In this document: positions 51,858 through 64,000 of the stretch, piece after piece
Layout of the letters: each line of letters begins with the position of its first letter
Numbering within the stretch: position 1 is the stretch's first letter
Made by a program: the position numbers and the translations under genes
Notes under the pieces: generated by a model
What the model saw: the letters and a program-made list of their open reading frames with translations, nothing else
Database searches by the model: none
What the model was told of the DNA's origin: nothing
From: Octopus sinensis
Taxonomy: Eukaryota
Length of the DNA stretch: 64,000 nt
Direction: 5' to 3'
NCBI RefSeq assembly: GCF_006345805.1
Contig: NC_043003.1
Location: 107,446,001-107,510,000 of the forward strand

Positions 51858-52563
51858 CAGGTAAAATCCAACGAGTGACAATAGCTTCGAAAGCGTCTTT
51901 ATTCTGATGTTCGATAGGCACCAGAAAACATTTCCCAGTTTCGCGTTCAATTCCTCCAAACACCATGTGTCCTTCTTTTTCGTGTTTCTTTTCATTGTGT
52001 TTCGATTTAAAAAATGTAAACATGCCTACTTCAACAATTATTGGTTCACCTGAATCTAAATCGAATCCACCAATTTCAGGTGGATCGTCACCTAATTCAG
52101 TCGGATGATCTTCCAGAAACCATTCGAGTCGCTCTCGGATGAAATGACACCAGTCTGATATAGTTCGTTCACCAACATCTGTTTCGTGCGACATCTCGAT
52201 TTGTTGGTGTTCTCTTGACCATAAGTACATTAACCATATAAGTTTTGGTAGTGATATGTGGCTTCCAGCGAATATCGAACCATCGCGTATTGACATAATA
52301 AACCTGTCCTTTGCACATCCCCACTGCCTCCCGTCACAACTTTGCTGATAGCGGACAACTGTACACGGGTCACCACAAGTGGGACATACAGTAGAATTGC
52401 TTATGAGTCTGTGTTTTGCCAGCCAAGTAACTGCTGCATCAATTGAGTTAGTCTGCAACACAATGTCAGCGAATGTCCATCGTTCTTGCTTGATTTCGTT
52501 GTCGCTCATAACATTGTTGCTAATACTGGTCGGGTTTCGTGGCCGTCCAACACGACGAGGCAT
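51858..52563 (-). CDS. Merlin/IS1595-family transposase-derived gene, exon 1
   Basis: 706-nt open frame from ATG: AT-hook-like RRVGRPR; Zn-ribbon-like CPTC...C...WGC; HTH-like region with TISDWCHFIRE; GG...IIVEVGM; VFGGIERETGKCFLVP; WILPG followed by a GTATGG donor. Confidence 0.88.
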
Positions 52564-53071
52564 CGTCGAGGAAATGAATGCGGATTAAAATAATAAAGTT
52601 CACATAAAGTAAGGTTTCAAACGCCGCATTATAATGGAACACAATATTTACAACCTACGAAGCGATAATTGCGAGAACACTTCAAGAGTTTTTCGGTTTC
52701 AGCAAATACAATTAAGGAGTAAATAATAAAAACTAAACTAAATGAAGTTTCAAAGTGTTAGTTTCGTATTGGTGCCTTTTCAAATATTTTTTCATCAGTT
52801 TATTATAAATGCTACCAATATGTCAAGTTAAAGGATTAAAAAGTGGTTTTAACATTAATATCATAGCAATGAAAGATAGCCAAATATCATTATAATTACT
52901 ATAACTAATTATTAATAATATACAATAACTTTACGGAGATGTACTTGCGTAGCCAGTGACTTGATCTGAGATCGTGCGCGGGAACGAAAACAATTGCAGC
53001 GTGGAAGGTGTTTATAAGCCATTTAAGAAATACACAAAAACCGTTAGATTCACTTCAACATTTAAATTTAA

Positions 53072-53235
53072 GGCGATCCTTCGGTATAAGTACCGGAAGT
53101 GGCTTTGTTTACATTTGTGAAGATAACAGAAACCCATTTCTCCCACCCCAAACCTTAACCCTAAACCTAACTGCCCATATATATAAATAAAACACTTTCT
53201 TGAAAGGTATCCGGTACTTATACCGAAGTTACGCC
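53072..53235. mobile_element. Merlin-type MITE (164 bp)
   Basis: TIRs GGCGatccttcggtataagtaccgga and tccggtacttataccgaagttaCGCC; TSD aaatttaa / aaattcaa (7 of 8). Confidence 0.8.
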
Positions 53236-54085
53236 AAATTCAATTAGTCAAAATATTTTCGTCGCTTTGAGACCGCGACCTGTTCACTGACAAAACTTCA
53301 TGCTGCATCTCTATACAATAACTGTTTTTTACAATCCGAATACATTTTGTTTTTTTAAACTTTGTATGAATGTCAGTCGCGTGTTGGGTATATTTAGATG
53401 GCGTACATGGCGGAGACGTACCTCCACCTTTTTTTTTTAACGGAAACCCAACCTTTCGACTATGTAGATTCCGATACTGAAAACAAATATTGGCAAAAAT
53501 TGCAACTTAAAATTTCAATCCTACTCTCATTTCTTCATTTTTCACTGAAAGTGTTCATTCTACAAAACGAAATTTGAAAGTTACTCGGAGTTTGATGTCG
53601 CGTTCTAATATACTGCAATAGACATTTTTCCCCTTTGCGGCATATTAGGATATCAGAATAGTGTCTGTTTTGTATACTTAATAACTGCTATTTCTAGCAT
53701 ACTAAACAATCACGTTAAGGACGGACTGGCTTTCAGTTTACTTAAAAAAGTAAACGACATGGACCGCACCCACTTTCAGGGGGGCGGGTCTACAGAAAGC
53801 AACGTTTTCGATTGCGGAGATTCCGAATCTGCAAAAGAATTCAGCATTTCAACATTTTGACCTCCCCAACCAATTTTCCACTTTTTTTAAAGAAAATTTT
53901 TGGGGTCGAAATTCGTAGAAAAAATTTTCAGACGAAGAATAAGTCCGGGGTCGATTTGCTCGGCTGCAGTCAAATGACTGAAACAAGTAAAAGAGTAAAA
54001 GATATTACAATCGGACACGTGTTATTGCTGAGTAAGTAACTTAACAAGGTATCTACCCAAGTTTCAAATCTCGGTTCCTTTACGT

Positions 54086-54103
54086 CACACACACACACAC
54101 ACA

Positions 54104-54134
<31 letters not shown>

Positions 54135-54300
54135 CAGAGTTTTTTTTTCGGTTTCCCGTCTTCAAAGTCCACTCGCAAGGCTTTGATCGGCGCAGTGCTA
54201 ATAATAGAAAGGGTTTGCCCAAGGTCTCATGCAGTATGACAGAACTCGAAACTATGTGGTTGAGAAGCAAACTGCTTACTATACATCCATGCCTGCACCT
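54086..54300 (-). mobile_element. Family B SINE 5' half, degenerate
   Basis: Reverse complement of the family B head and CORE-like region. Confidence 0.65.
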
Positions 54301-54401
54301 ATAATATCTAGTATTACTTGATAAAATCAAATGCAGTTGAGAACCAAATGGTTTGTTTCACCTTAAACGTAATTGAATACTTACAATATTAGTGCATGAA
54401 T

Positions 54402-54564
54402 TATTTCGTCTGTCTTTATGTTTTGAGTTCAAATTCCGCCGACAACGACTTTGCCTTTCATCCTTTCGGGGTCGATAAATTAAGTACTAGTTGCGTACTG
54501 GGGTCGTTCTAATCGGCTGGTCCCCTCCCCCAAAATTTCGTGCCTTGTGCCTAGAGTAGAAAAG
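54402..54564 (+). mobile_element. Family C SINE variant, 5'-truncated, with a 17-bp TSD
   Basis: aatattagtgcatgaat is duplicated at 54385-54401 and 54565-54581. Confidence 0.85.
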
Positions 54565-54751
54565 AATATTAGTGCATGAATAAAGCAGAGAAAACTCGGT
54601 AACAATATGTTTTTGATGAGTAATACTTGTTTCAAATTTTGGCACAAGGCCAGCAAGTTGGAAGGAGAGGGCTAATCGATTACATCGACCCCAGTGCTCT
54701 ACTGCTACTTAGTTTATCGACCTCGAAAGGATGAAAGGCAAAGTCGATTTC

Positions 54752-55857
54752 GGCTTTCTGTTTGGCTGCGTTTTCAATCTCTTCAGTTTCTATTGAATTG
54801 ATTTCATATTCGGTGTAATGATATAGTTTTATATGCTAATCAATGCCATGACATTCATTTTCGCCATAAATCAAGGAATAAAGAGTTAACAATTTTTAAA
54901 GTTTGCTAATTCCGGATAATTTTAGCCAATTGTAAGCCACAAACACATTCTTGTCTTTTGTCTGCGAGAAAGCACGTGTTGACAAATATATACTATTCAT
55001 TGAGGTGGTGGTGAGATGTGCTAAAAATAACAGCTAAATAGGTCTTAAATCATGCACCTCCAATTTTTTTGTTTTGATTTTTGCATAGTCGTATGAATTC
55101 CTGTGTGTAGAGTACAAATTTGCAAAAAAAAAATCGAAAAATTCAAAAGAAAATTTGAAGTTATAGGCGTAGGAGTGGTTGTGTGGTAAGTAGCTTGCTT
55201 ACCAACCACATGGTTTCGGGTTCAGTCCCATTGCGTGGCACCTTGGGCAAGTGTCTTCTACTATAGCCTCGGGCCAACCAAAGCCTTGTGAGTGGATTTG
55301 GTAGACGGAAACTGAAAGAAGCCCGCCGTATATATGTGTGTATATAGTGTATATACGTTTGTGTGTCCGTGTTTGTCCCCCCCCCAACATCGCTTGACAA
55401 CCGATGCTGGTTTGTCTACGTCCCCGTAGTCTAGCGGTTCGGCAAAAGAGACCAATAGAATAAGTACTAGGCTTACAAAGAATAAGTCCTGGGGTCGATT
55501 TGCTCGACTAAAGGCGGTGCTCCAGCATGGCTACAGTCAAATGACTGAAACGAGTAAAAGAGTATAGAGTAAGTTATGAGGGGTTAAATGACGTGCGTAA
55601 AGCAGAATTCCGTCAATATTTCATTTGTTTACAGTTGACAACACGTGTTGCACGCACAAAATGACCGCTTCCGAATTTTGTTTTCTATGGGTGAAAATGA
55701 CCAAATTCTAAACCTCTATAACTTTTTTAAAAAATATTTCTGGAAAAAGTGAAACATCCCCTGAGACTCAGCTTGGAAAATTACATGAATACACCAAATT
55801 AAAATTTTTTTTATAAACTTTGAAATTTCCACTGGTGCAGCCAAACAGAAAAGATCC
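54752..55857. mobile_element. Non-autonomous DNA element with a GGATCTTTTC-type TIR (Merlin-type), inserted in a family C SINE and containing a family B SINE
   Basis: ggctttctgtttggctgc and gcagccaaacagaaaagatcc; family C SINE halves on both sides; TSD not resolved. Confidence 0.6.
55165..55572 (+). mobile_element. CORE-like SINE (family B), full length, little diverged
   Basis: Colinear with 46518-46930. Confidence 0.88.
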
Positions 55858-56129
55858 GAATTTGAACTCAGAACGTTAAGACGGAAGAAATGCTGCTAAG
55901 CATTTTGCCCGACATGCTAACGATTCTGCCAGCTCACCATTTTAGCTATGCATGATATTGCTTTCAGAATATTCACTGTAGCGTGGCAGTTTCAGCCACT
56001 TTGTTATATGACTATAGCGATATCTAATATCTTCACTGTGTGAACGGCAAAGCAGAAATAATCTCGTTTGAGGTTACAACCATCTTTGGCCAACTTTTTC
56101 TTTTTCTAAACACTAACTTGATTAGTTGA

Positions 56130-56335
56130 CGTGTGACACGAGGGTCCCTGCGTAGTTCGCGTCACTGGTGGACATGTAACACGAGGGTCCCTGCGTAGTC
56201 CGCGTCACTGGTTGACACGTGACGCGAATTGTCTCGACTTATTTTCGCGCCAATCGCGAATCAACCAATCAAGACCTTCGGTTAAAATTCCATTTTCTGG
56301 AGTTCGGTGAGCCAACCAAATATTATATAAACCAG
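56130..56335. promoter_or_regulatory. Candidate promoter: E2F site, CCAAT boxes, E-box
   Basis: CpG-rich; TTTTCGCGCC at 56242-56251; CCAAT at 56250 and 56265; CACGTG at 56216; 42-bp direct repeat; TATA-like tract at 56321-56331. Confidence 0.4.
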
Positions 56336-56889
56336 TTTTCACAGACATTTTTGTCTTGAGTTCTAGTTCCTCTAAGAACTAACTTAGACCACCTACTGCT
56401 CAACTTAGAGATATGCGATTGTTTTTGCTTGCTGCTCAACTTAGAGATAGGCGATTGTTTCTGCTACTACCTGTGCTATACTGATACAAACAACATGAAC
56501 TGTAAACCGAGTTCCGTGGTTAATCCTATGGTCAGTACCTTTTTATGCCTCACGAACACCCAGACACAAAAACATGCTAACACTTACAAACTTCCAACAT
56601 CAGCATGATTGTAAAATATGTAAATAAATAATATTTATCTACCAACAGAAGACTTGTGTCAATTCACTTATGTCCTATTGTCGTTGTATGTATTTTATGG
56701 CTTGTAATGATTTCGTTAAGAGTAGAGCTGCATGCGACCTTATTCCCGGCACGATACGACCGCATGTGATCTTACTTCTTACATCACTATCACCACAAAA
56801 TGTAGAAAGAAATTCACGTTACACCGACATACTTCTAGCTTTGATCGTTCTACGAGCTCTCATGAGCAAGCGTCTTCTTTTGTACCTCG

Positions 56890-57305
56890 AGATATTTTCG
56901 GTTTGAACGGCAGTTTTTAAAAATAATTTCCACATAACTTAACACTTTTAGACTTCGCATACTAGTAGAATGTGCATATAAAACATCTTTTTCTCTTGGC
57001 TTTATTGAGAAAATTCTATAATTTGTAAGATATTTGTTGTTTTTTCTTCTTCAATTTCTGCAATTTCAACCAATCAATGACGTCTATTGAGGTGAAAGCA
57101 TTCTGTGCCGTATGAATATGTCCCTCGTTTAAGAAACAGATTGGGTTTATTTACATTTGTGAAGAAAAAAACATACCCTTCCTCCCACCCCTACCCCAAA
57201 AAAAGATTGAAATGCAATAGATCGATACTAGGGTCATAATTATGGGTGACAATTTCATATGACACCGCTAGAAAAAAAAAACTGCCGTTCAAACCGAAAA
57301 GATCC
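56890..57305. mobile_element. Merlin-type MITE (416 bp)
   Basis: TIRs agatattttcggtttgaacggcagttttt and aaaaactgccgttcaaaccgaaaagatcc; TSD gtacctcg / gtaccttg (7 of 8). Confidence 0.8.
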
Positions 57306-58078
57306 GTACCTTGGACAGACCTATGCTCTGCTTGTCAAATCTCACCGGCGAAAACTGTGTACCAACTTATCGCGATGCAAGTGTGTAATTTAAAGGGACG
57401 TAACTGAGCTAATTCTTGTCAAATAGAGTATAGGAGAAATAGCAGTCATGATGCTCTAGCATGGTTCGATCGAATCATGGAAACTATTTTTAAAAAAAAA
57501 TTTGAGTCCTATACACCTCAAAATGAAAATTTACATTATATTAATAGGAGAAACACAGAATAACATTTTTATTTTTACGTAGTCAAGTGTAACTTTTGAA
57601 TTGCTGGGGTAATATTCTAAATTTGGATTGCTTAAAAACTTAATTACGGAATATTAATACTTGTAAGACAGACAAGTGATATTCCATACTTTGAAGAAGA
57701 AATAGGAAAGTAATAAAAATTGAAAAATTTCTTGGTACTACTAGCGAAGACTGGACCCGGTGCGCGCACACGCGCTAGCTAGTCGTAAGTAGTCGATCCT
57801 ACGACTTGCGCGTATGCAAATGAGTTGATTTTACTGAATAAAATAAAAGAATTTTTTAAAGAGAGTAAATAAATTATTTCTTAGAACAATGTATATGATT
57901 TTTTTACACAAATCAAATAAAATGTGTGTGATATATTCTTTTAGTTTTCATATTCTTTAGTTTTTAATCATGTGTGTGTGTATATATACACACCGATACA
58001 AATAGATATTATACATGTGTTTGTGTGATATATTCTTTTACTAGTTTTTGGACAGCATCCATAGTAGGTACATCATTC

Positions 58079-58108
<30 letters not shown>

Positions 58109-58117
<9 letters not shown>

Positions 58118-58819
58118 TGTCACCCATAATGAAATTGTCACCCATAATTATGACCCTAGTATCGATCTATTGCATTTCAATCTTTTTTTGGGGTAGGGGT
58201 GGGAGGAAGGGTATGTTTTTTTTCTTCACAAATGTAAATAACCCAATCTGTTTCTTAAACGAGGGACATATTCATACGGCACAGAATGCTTTCACCTCAA
58301 TAGACGTCATTGATTGGTTGAAATTGCAGAAATTGAAGAAGAAAAACAACAAATATCTTACAAATTATAGAATTTTCTCAATAAAGCCAAGAGAAAAAGA
58401 TGTTTTATATGCACATTCTACTAGTATGCGAAGTCTAAAAGTGTTAAGTTATGTGGAAATTATTTTTAAAAACTGCCGTTCAAACCGAAAATATCTCGGG
58501 TACAAAAGAAGACGCTTGCTCATGAGAGCTCGTAGAACGATCAAAGCTAGAAGTATGTCGGTGTAACGTGAATTTCTTTCTACATTTTGTGGTGATAGTG
58601 ATGTAAGAAGTAAGATCACATGCGGTCGTATCGTGCCGGGAATAAGGTCGCATGCAGCTCTACTCTTAACGAAATCATTACAAGCCATAAAATACATACA
58701 ACGACAATAGGACATAAGTGAATTGACACAAGTCTTCTGTTGGTAGATAATATTATTTATTTACATATTTTACAATCATGCTGATGTTGGAAGTTTGTAA
58801 GTGTTAGCATGTTTTTGTG

Positions 58820-58822
<3 letters not shown>
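58109..58822. repeat. Inverted duplicate of 56562-57260
   Basis: Near-identical reverse complement; the same spurious ORF MSYCRCMYF... appears on opposite strands. Confidence 0.92.
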
Positions 58823-59199
<377 letters not shown>

Positions 59200-59606
59200 A
59201 ATCTACAATATAGGATTTCTTCAATTACAATTTACCTAGCATTTTTAAGAGTACAATGCATCGCGTCATGCCAGGTCCAGTTTTTAAAATTAAACTCCAA
59301 TTAAGCAAAATTTACAGAAAACTCACATTCTGGTGTGTATGTCAAATGCTTTTCTTAGTCTGGTTTACAGCACACGCAAACGCAACACACACAGTGTGTA
59401 ACGAATAAAGTGAAACTAGATGTAATATTTGTTTCTGTCTTCCACGCTGATAGATACATGAGTAAAATGTATGGGAAGCTAACAGATAAGAGTGAGTGAA
59501 AATGTTCTTGGAAGAGAGTAAATTAGCGACAGAGTGATTTGAGGAAGACTAAACTGAAAGTATGAAACAGTGTTTATGTATAAACAGACGACACTTATAA
59601 AACCCT

Positions 59607-59912
59607 TTCGTTACCAAACCGCCCGAATTTACCTATTCATATTTAAATGAGAATATCAGAGTAAATCTCTTTAGTACATTCGTGAAAACACGTATTATAC
59701 TTCGTAAACACTTCAAATACAGTTTTGTACAAAATCGAAGTGTAATTTTAATTCCGTGAATTATGGGAGATTTTTTTCCGAAATTTGTTCCTATTGTGTT
59801 TTCAAAATTTGTAATTCTGACAAAAAATGGATACGAATTTCATTATATCAAGCAGCGAGTCAGAATTCGAAGGATTTTCTACTGAAGACCTTCATAAATC
59901 TAACTCTATGAC
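59607..59912 (+). mobile_element. piggyBac-like 5' fragment within Helitron unit 1
   Basis: Starts aaCCCTTTcgttacc; carries the acidic leader MDTNFIISSSESEFEGFSTED. Confidence 0.4.
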
Positions 59913-60308
59913 TGAAAAAAAAAAGTTGTGTGTCTGTCCCCTTCGATTTAGATTCGTAACTACTCCCACATTTTGCGGTGCAGTTTAACCAAAAGCGGGT
60001 ATCTTATAGGCGTGATTCATATCGAGCCCTTCTGGGTATTAGCGCGCGTCTACGATGAGTCTACGATTTACCATCATATTTTTCCATTTTAATGGATTTT
60101 TTCGCTTTTATATAAGGGAAGTAACTCTCTAAGAATATCTACGATGTGTCAACGATTAAAAAAAAAATTTACCTTAATTTTTTTTCAATTTTTAATGCAT
60201 TTTTTTGCTATTTTTTGGCTATAACTCTCTAAAAATGCTTACATAGTTATTTCCCTTACAACGCCGAGCAACGCCAGGCGATACTGCTAGTATATATATA
60301 TATGTATG

Positions 60309-60369
<61 letters not shown>

Positions 60370-60460
60370 ATATATATATATATATTAATATAGATATATA
60401 ATATATATGTATGTATGTATGTAGATATATATATATAATATATATATGTATGTATGTATG

Positions 60461-60493
<33 letters not shown>

Positions 60494-60535
60494 ATATATA
60501 TATATATATATTATATATATGTAATATATATATAA

Positions 60536-60573
<38 letters not shown>

Positions 60574-60574
<1 letters not shown>

Positions 60575-62466
60575 TATTATAAAAGGCAGATTTTATCTGC
60601 CTCCCTTTGGGAGTTATACAAATCTACAATATAGGATTCTTCAATTACAATTACCTAGCATTTTTAAGAGTACAATGCATCGCGTCATGCCAGGTCCAGT
60701 TTTTAAAATTTTAACTCCAATTAAGCAAAATTTACAGAAAACTCACATTTTGGTGTGTGTGTCAAATGCTTTTCTTAGTCTGGTTTACAGCACACGCAAA
60801 CGCACACACACAGTGTGCAACGAATAAAATGAAAGTAAATAGCGACAGAGTGATTTGAGGAAGACTAAACTGAAAGTATTCTGCCTATGACGCTGATAGA
60901 TACATGAGTAAAATGTATGGGAAGCTAAGAGCTAAGAGTGAGTGAAAATGTTCTTGGAAGAGAGTAAATAGCGAGAGAGAGAGTGATTTGAGGAAGACTT
61001 TACATTAAATAACCGTAGTGGCTTGTGTTAGTAATAAAGTAAACATACACTCATACATACATACATACATACATACATACATACATACATACATACATAC
61101 ATACATACATACATACATACATACATGCATACATACACACACACACACATACACACATACATACATACACACACACATACATACATACACACATACATAC
61201 ATACATACATATACATACATACATACATACATACATACACACACACATACACACACACACAGTATTGAAGCTTGAGAACAATCAGATACATTTGCAACAC
61301 ATCTGTTGAAAATATTATTGTTCACACACATACATATACATATATACATACAGACAGACAGACAGATAGACACACACACACACACACACATGATCCAGCA
61401 TGGCCACAACCTCAAGGCTGAAACATATAAAAGAATAACAGAATATAAATGTGTGCAAAGTACAAGAAATATTAATGCAGTATATGGGGATTGGACAATA
61501 AGCGTAAGGCAGTGTCAATGGTGGTTCCAGAAATCCCGAGCCATAAACTACAGCCTAGAAGACGAGCCTCATCCTGAAAGATCTGTAGAACTCGACAAGG
61601 ATATCCTGAAAACCCTGGTGGAACAAAATCTCAACGTAACTGTTGAGGAACTAGCAGAGAAGCTTGGATTTGGTCATTCAACCATTCATTGAGACCTGTG
61701 TGCTATCGGAAAAGCCAGCAAATTGGGTCAATGGGTTCCTCACGAACTTTCCGAGGCTAATTGCATGCAGGGAGTGAATGTATGCTTTTCTTTGCTGTCA
61801 CATCTCACCACTACTGCGCTATGTATATCTATATATATAAAACTGTAGTTGTGTGAGTGTCTGTCCCCTTCGATTTAGATACCTAACTACTCCCACATTT
61901 TGCGGTGCAGTTTAACCAAATTCGGGTAGCTTATAGTCGTGATTCATATCGAGCCCGTCCGAGTATTAGCGCGCGTCTACGATGAGTCTACGATTTTAAA
62001 AATAATTTAACATCATTTTTTATTCCATTTTAATGCATAATTTTTCGTGTGTCGATGGCGGCGGAGTTGGCGTCCACGCTCACACCTGCACCTGTGGGGA
62101 AGGGAGTGTAAGGAAATCAACGTCGTAATGCGTTGTCAAGGAGACCAGCGTTCTTTTAGAACAACAACGACTTCATGGCTTGAAGACACCAAAACAGAAA
62201 TGGCTAAGAAAGCGTCTACATGAGTCTACGATTTAAAAAAAAATTTACCATCGTTTTTTTTCCATTTTAATGCATTTTTTCTCTATTATATAAGGGAAGT
62301 AACTCTCTAAAAATGTCTACGATGAGTCAACGATTTTTAAAAAATTTACCATCATATTTTTTCCATTTTTAATGCATTTTTTGCTATTTTTTGGCTATAA
62401 CACTCTAAAAATGCTTACATAGTTATTTCCCTTACAAACCCGAGCAACGCCGGGCGATACTGCTAG
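60574..62466 (+). mobile_element. Composite Helitron, unit 2 (module A, mariner fragment, module B)
   Basis: Module B has its own A/TCTATATATATAAAA 5' end at 61828 and a cccgagcaacgccggg...CTAG 3' end at 62466. Confidence 0.8.
61380..61810 (+). mobile_element. mariner transposase N-terminal fragment
   Basis: RNINAVYG...SVRQCQWWFQK...SLEDEPH...TVEELAEKLGFGHSTIH*...KLGQWVPHEL (WVPHEL mariner motif). Confidence 0.85.
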
Positions 62467-63032
62467 TCTTATTATAAAAGGCAGATTTTATCTGCCTCCC
62501 TTTGGGAGTTATAGAAATCTACAATATAGGATTTCTTCAATTACAATTTACCTAGCATTTTTAAGAGTACAATGCATCGGGTCATGCCAGGTCCAGTTTT
62601 TAAAATTTAAACTCCAATTAAGCAAAATTTACAGAAAACTCACATTCTGGTGTGTGTGTCAAATGCTTTTCTTAGTCTGGTTTACACCACACGCAAACGC
62701 ACACACACAGTGGGCAACGAATAAGTGAAACTAGATGTAATATTTGTTTCTCTCTATCACGCTGATAGATACATGAGTAAAATGTATGGGAAGCTAACAC
62801 ATAAGTGTGAGTGAAAATGTTCTTGGAAGAGAGTAAATAGCCAGAGATAGTGATTTGAGGAAGACTTTACATTAAATAACCGTAGTGGCTTGTGTTAGTA
62901 ATAAAGTAAACATACACTCATACATACATACATACATACATACATACAACACACACACACACATACACACACACACACACATACATACATACACACATAC
63001 ATACATACATACATACATATACATACATACAT

Positions 63033-63063
<31 letters not shown>

Positions 63064-64000
63064 TACACACACACACAGTATTGAAGCTTGAGAACAATCA
63101 GATACATTTGCAACACATCTGTTGAAAATATTATTGTTCACACACATACATATACATATATACATACAGACAGACAGACAGATAGACACACACACACACA
63201 CACATGATCCAGCATGGCCACAACCTCAAGGCTGAAACATATAAAAGAATAACAGAATATAAATGTGTGCATGTGTGTGAGAGAGAGAGTGTGTGTGTAT
63301 ATGTATGTATGTATGTATGTATATATATATAATAATGCGGTTTTTTCAACAGCTTGAACTAAAAGTCAGAGGGGAATGGGATAAACTACTTATATTAACT
63401 TGCTATAAAAGCAGGTAGTAATTTTATCTTGTCCTTATTCATAGTGCAAGTTTTGAAGAGTGCATTTCGATTTTAACAGCTATTTTTTTCAAAGCTATAT
63501 TGGAACAGCCTAGAAGACGAGCCTCATCCTTAAAGATCTGTAGAACTCGACAAGGACATCCTGAAAACCCTGGTGGAACAAAATCTCATCGTAACTGTTG
63601 AGGAACTAGCAGAGAAGCTTGGATTTGGTCATTCAACCATTCATTGAGACCTGTGTGCTATCGGAAAAGTCAGCAAATTGGGTCAATGGGTTCCTCACGA
63701 ACTTTCCGAGTCTAATTGCATGCAGAGAGTGAATGTATGCTTTTCTTTGCTGTCACATCTCACCACTACTGCGCTATGTATATCTATATATATAAAACTG
63801 TAGTTGTGTGAGTGTCTGACCCCTTCGATTTAGATTCCTAACTACTACCACATTATGCGGTGCAGTTTAACCAAATTCGGGTAGCTTATAGTCGTGATTC
63901 ATATCGAGCCCGTCTGAGTATTAGCGCGCGTCTACGATGAGTCTACGATTTTAAAAATAATTTAACATCATTTTTTATTCCATTTTAATGCATAATTTTT
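62467..64000 (+). mobile_element. Composite Helitron, unit 3 (runs off the window)
   Basis: Starts TCttattataaaag directly after the CTAG of unit 2; module A, mariner fragment, then module B from ~63782. Confidence 0.8.

Noticed and set aside
52686-52700. ttttcggttt match to the MITE TIR core upstream of the Merlin-derived ATG
   Set aside because: Only 10 bp and in the wrong orientation for a 5' TIR; likely chance.
56670-56906. ORF MSYCRCMYF... present twice on opposite strands
   Set aside because: Explained by the inverted duplication; no recognisable domain, and the frames diverge at a 1-nt indel.

Overview
Repeat-dense, AT-rich eukaryotic genomic DNA, most likely an octopus/cephalopod. 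That is an inference from the SINE/LINE families and microsatellite load, not a database match. There is one 100-N gap at 3158-3257. Nearly all ORFs in the supplied track are microsatellite or transposon artefacts. Two spliced genes were reconstructed by hand. (1) A plus-strand, 5'-incomplete gene with coding exons from 5849 to 30238 encodes about 7 ankyrin repeats, a C3HC4 RING finger, a short linker built from duplicated cassette exons, and a C-terminal death domain. (2) A minus-strand two-exon gene (52563-51858 joined to 48578-48283, 333 aa) is an intact Merlin/IS1595-family transposase homologue whose catalytic DDE triad is altered to G-D-D. It is a candidate domesticated transposase and the strongest finding here. 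The rest is mobile DNA: three tRNA-derived SINE families; RTE, CR1-like, Tx1/L1-like and RLE-type LINE relics; Tc1, maT and mariner relics; several GG-ended MITEs, three with 8-bp TSDs (Merlin-type); piggyBac-type MITEs; and a terminal array of composite Helitrons. Readable rearrangements include a 1366-bp tandem duplication, a Tx1-CR1 chimera with a 5' inversion, and a microhomology-joined inverted duplication.
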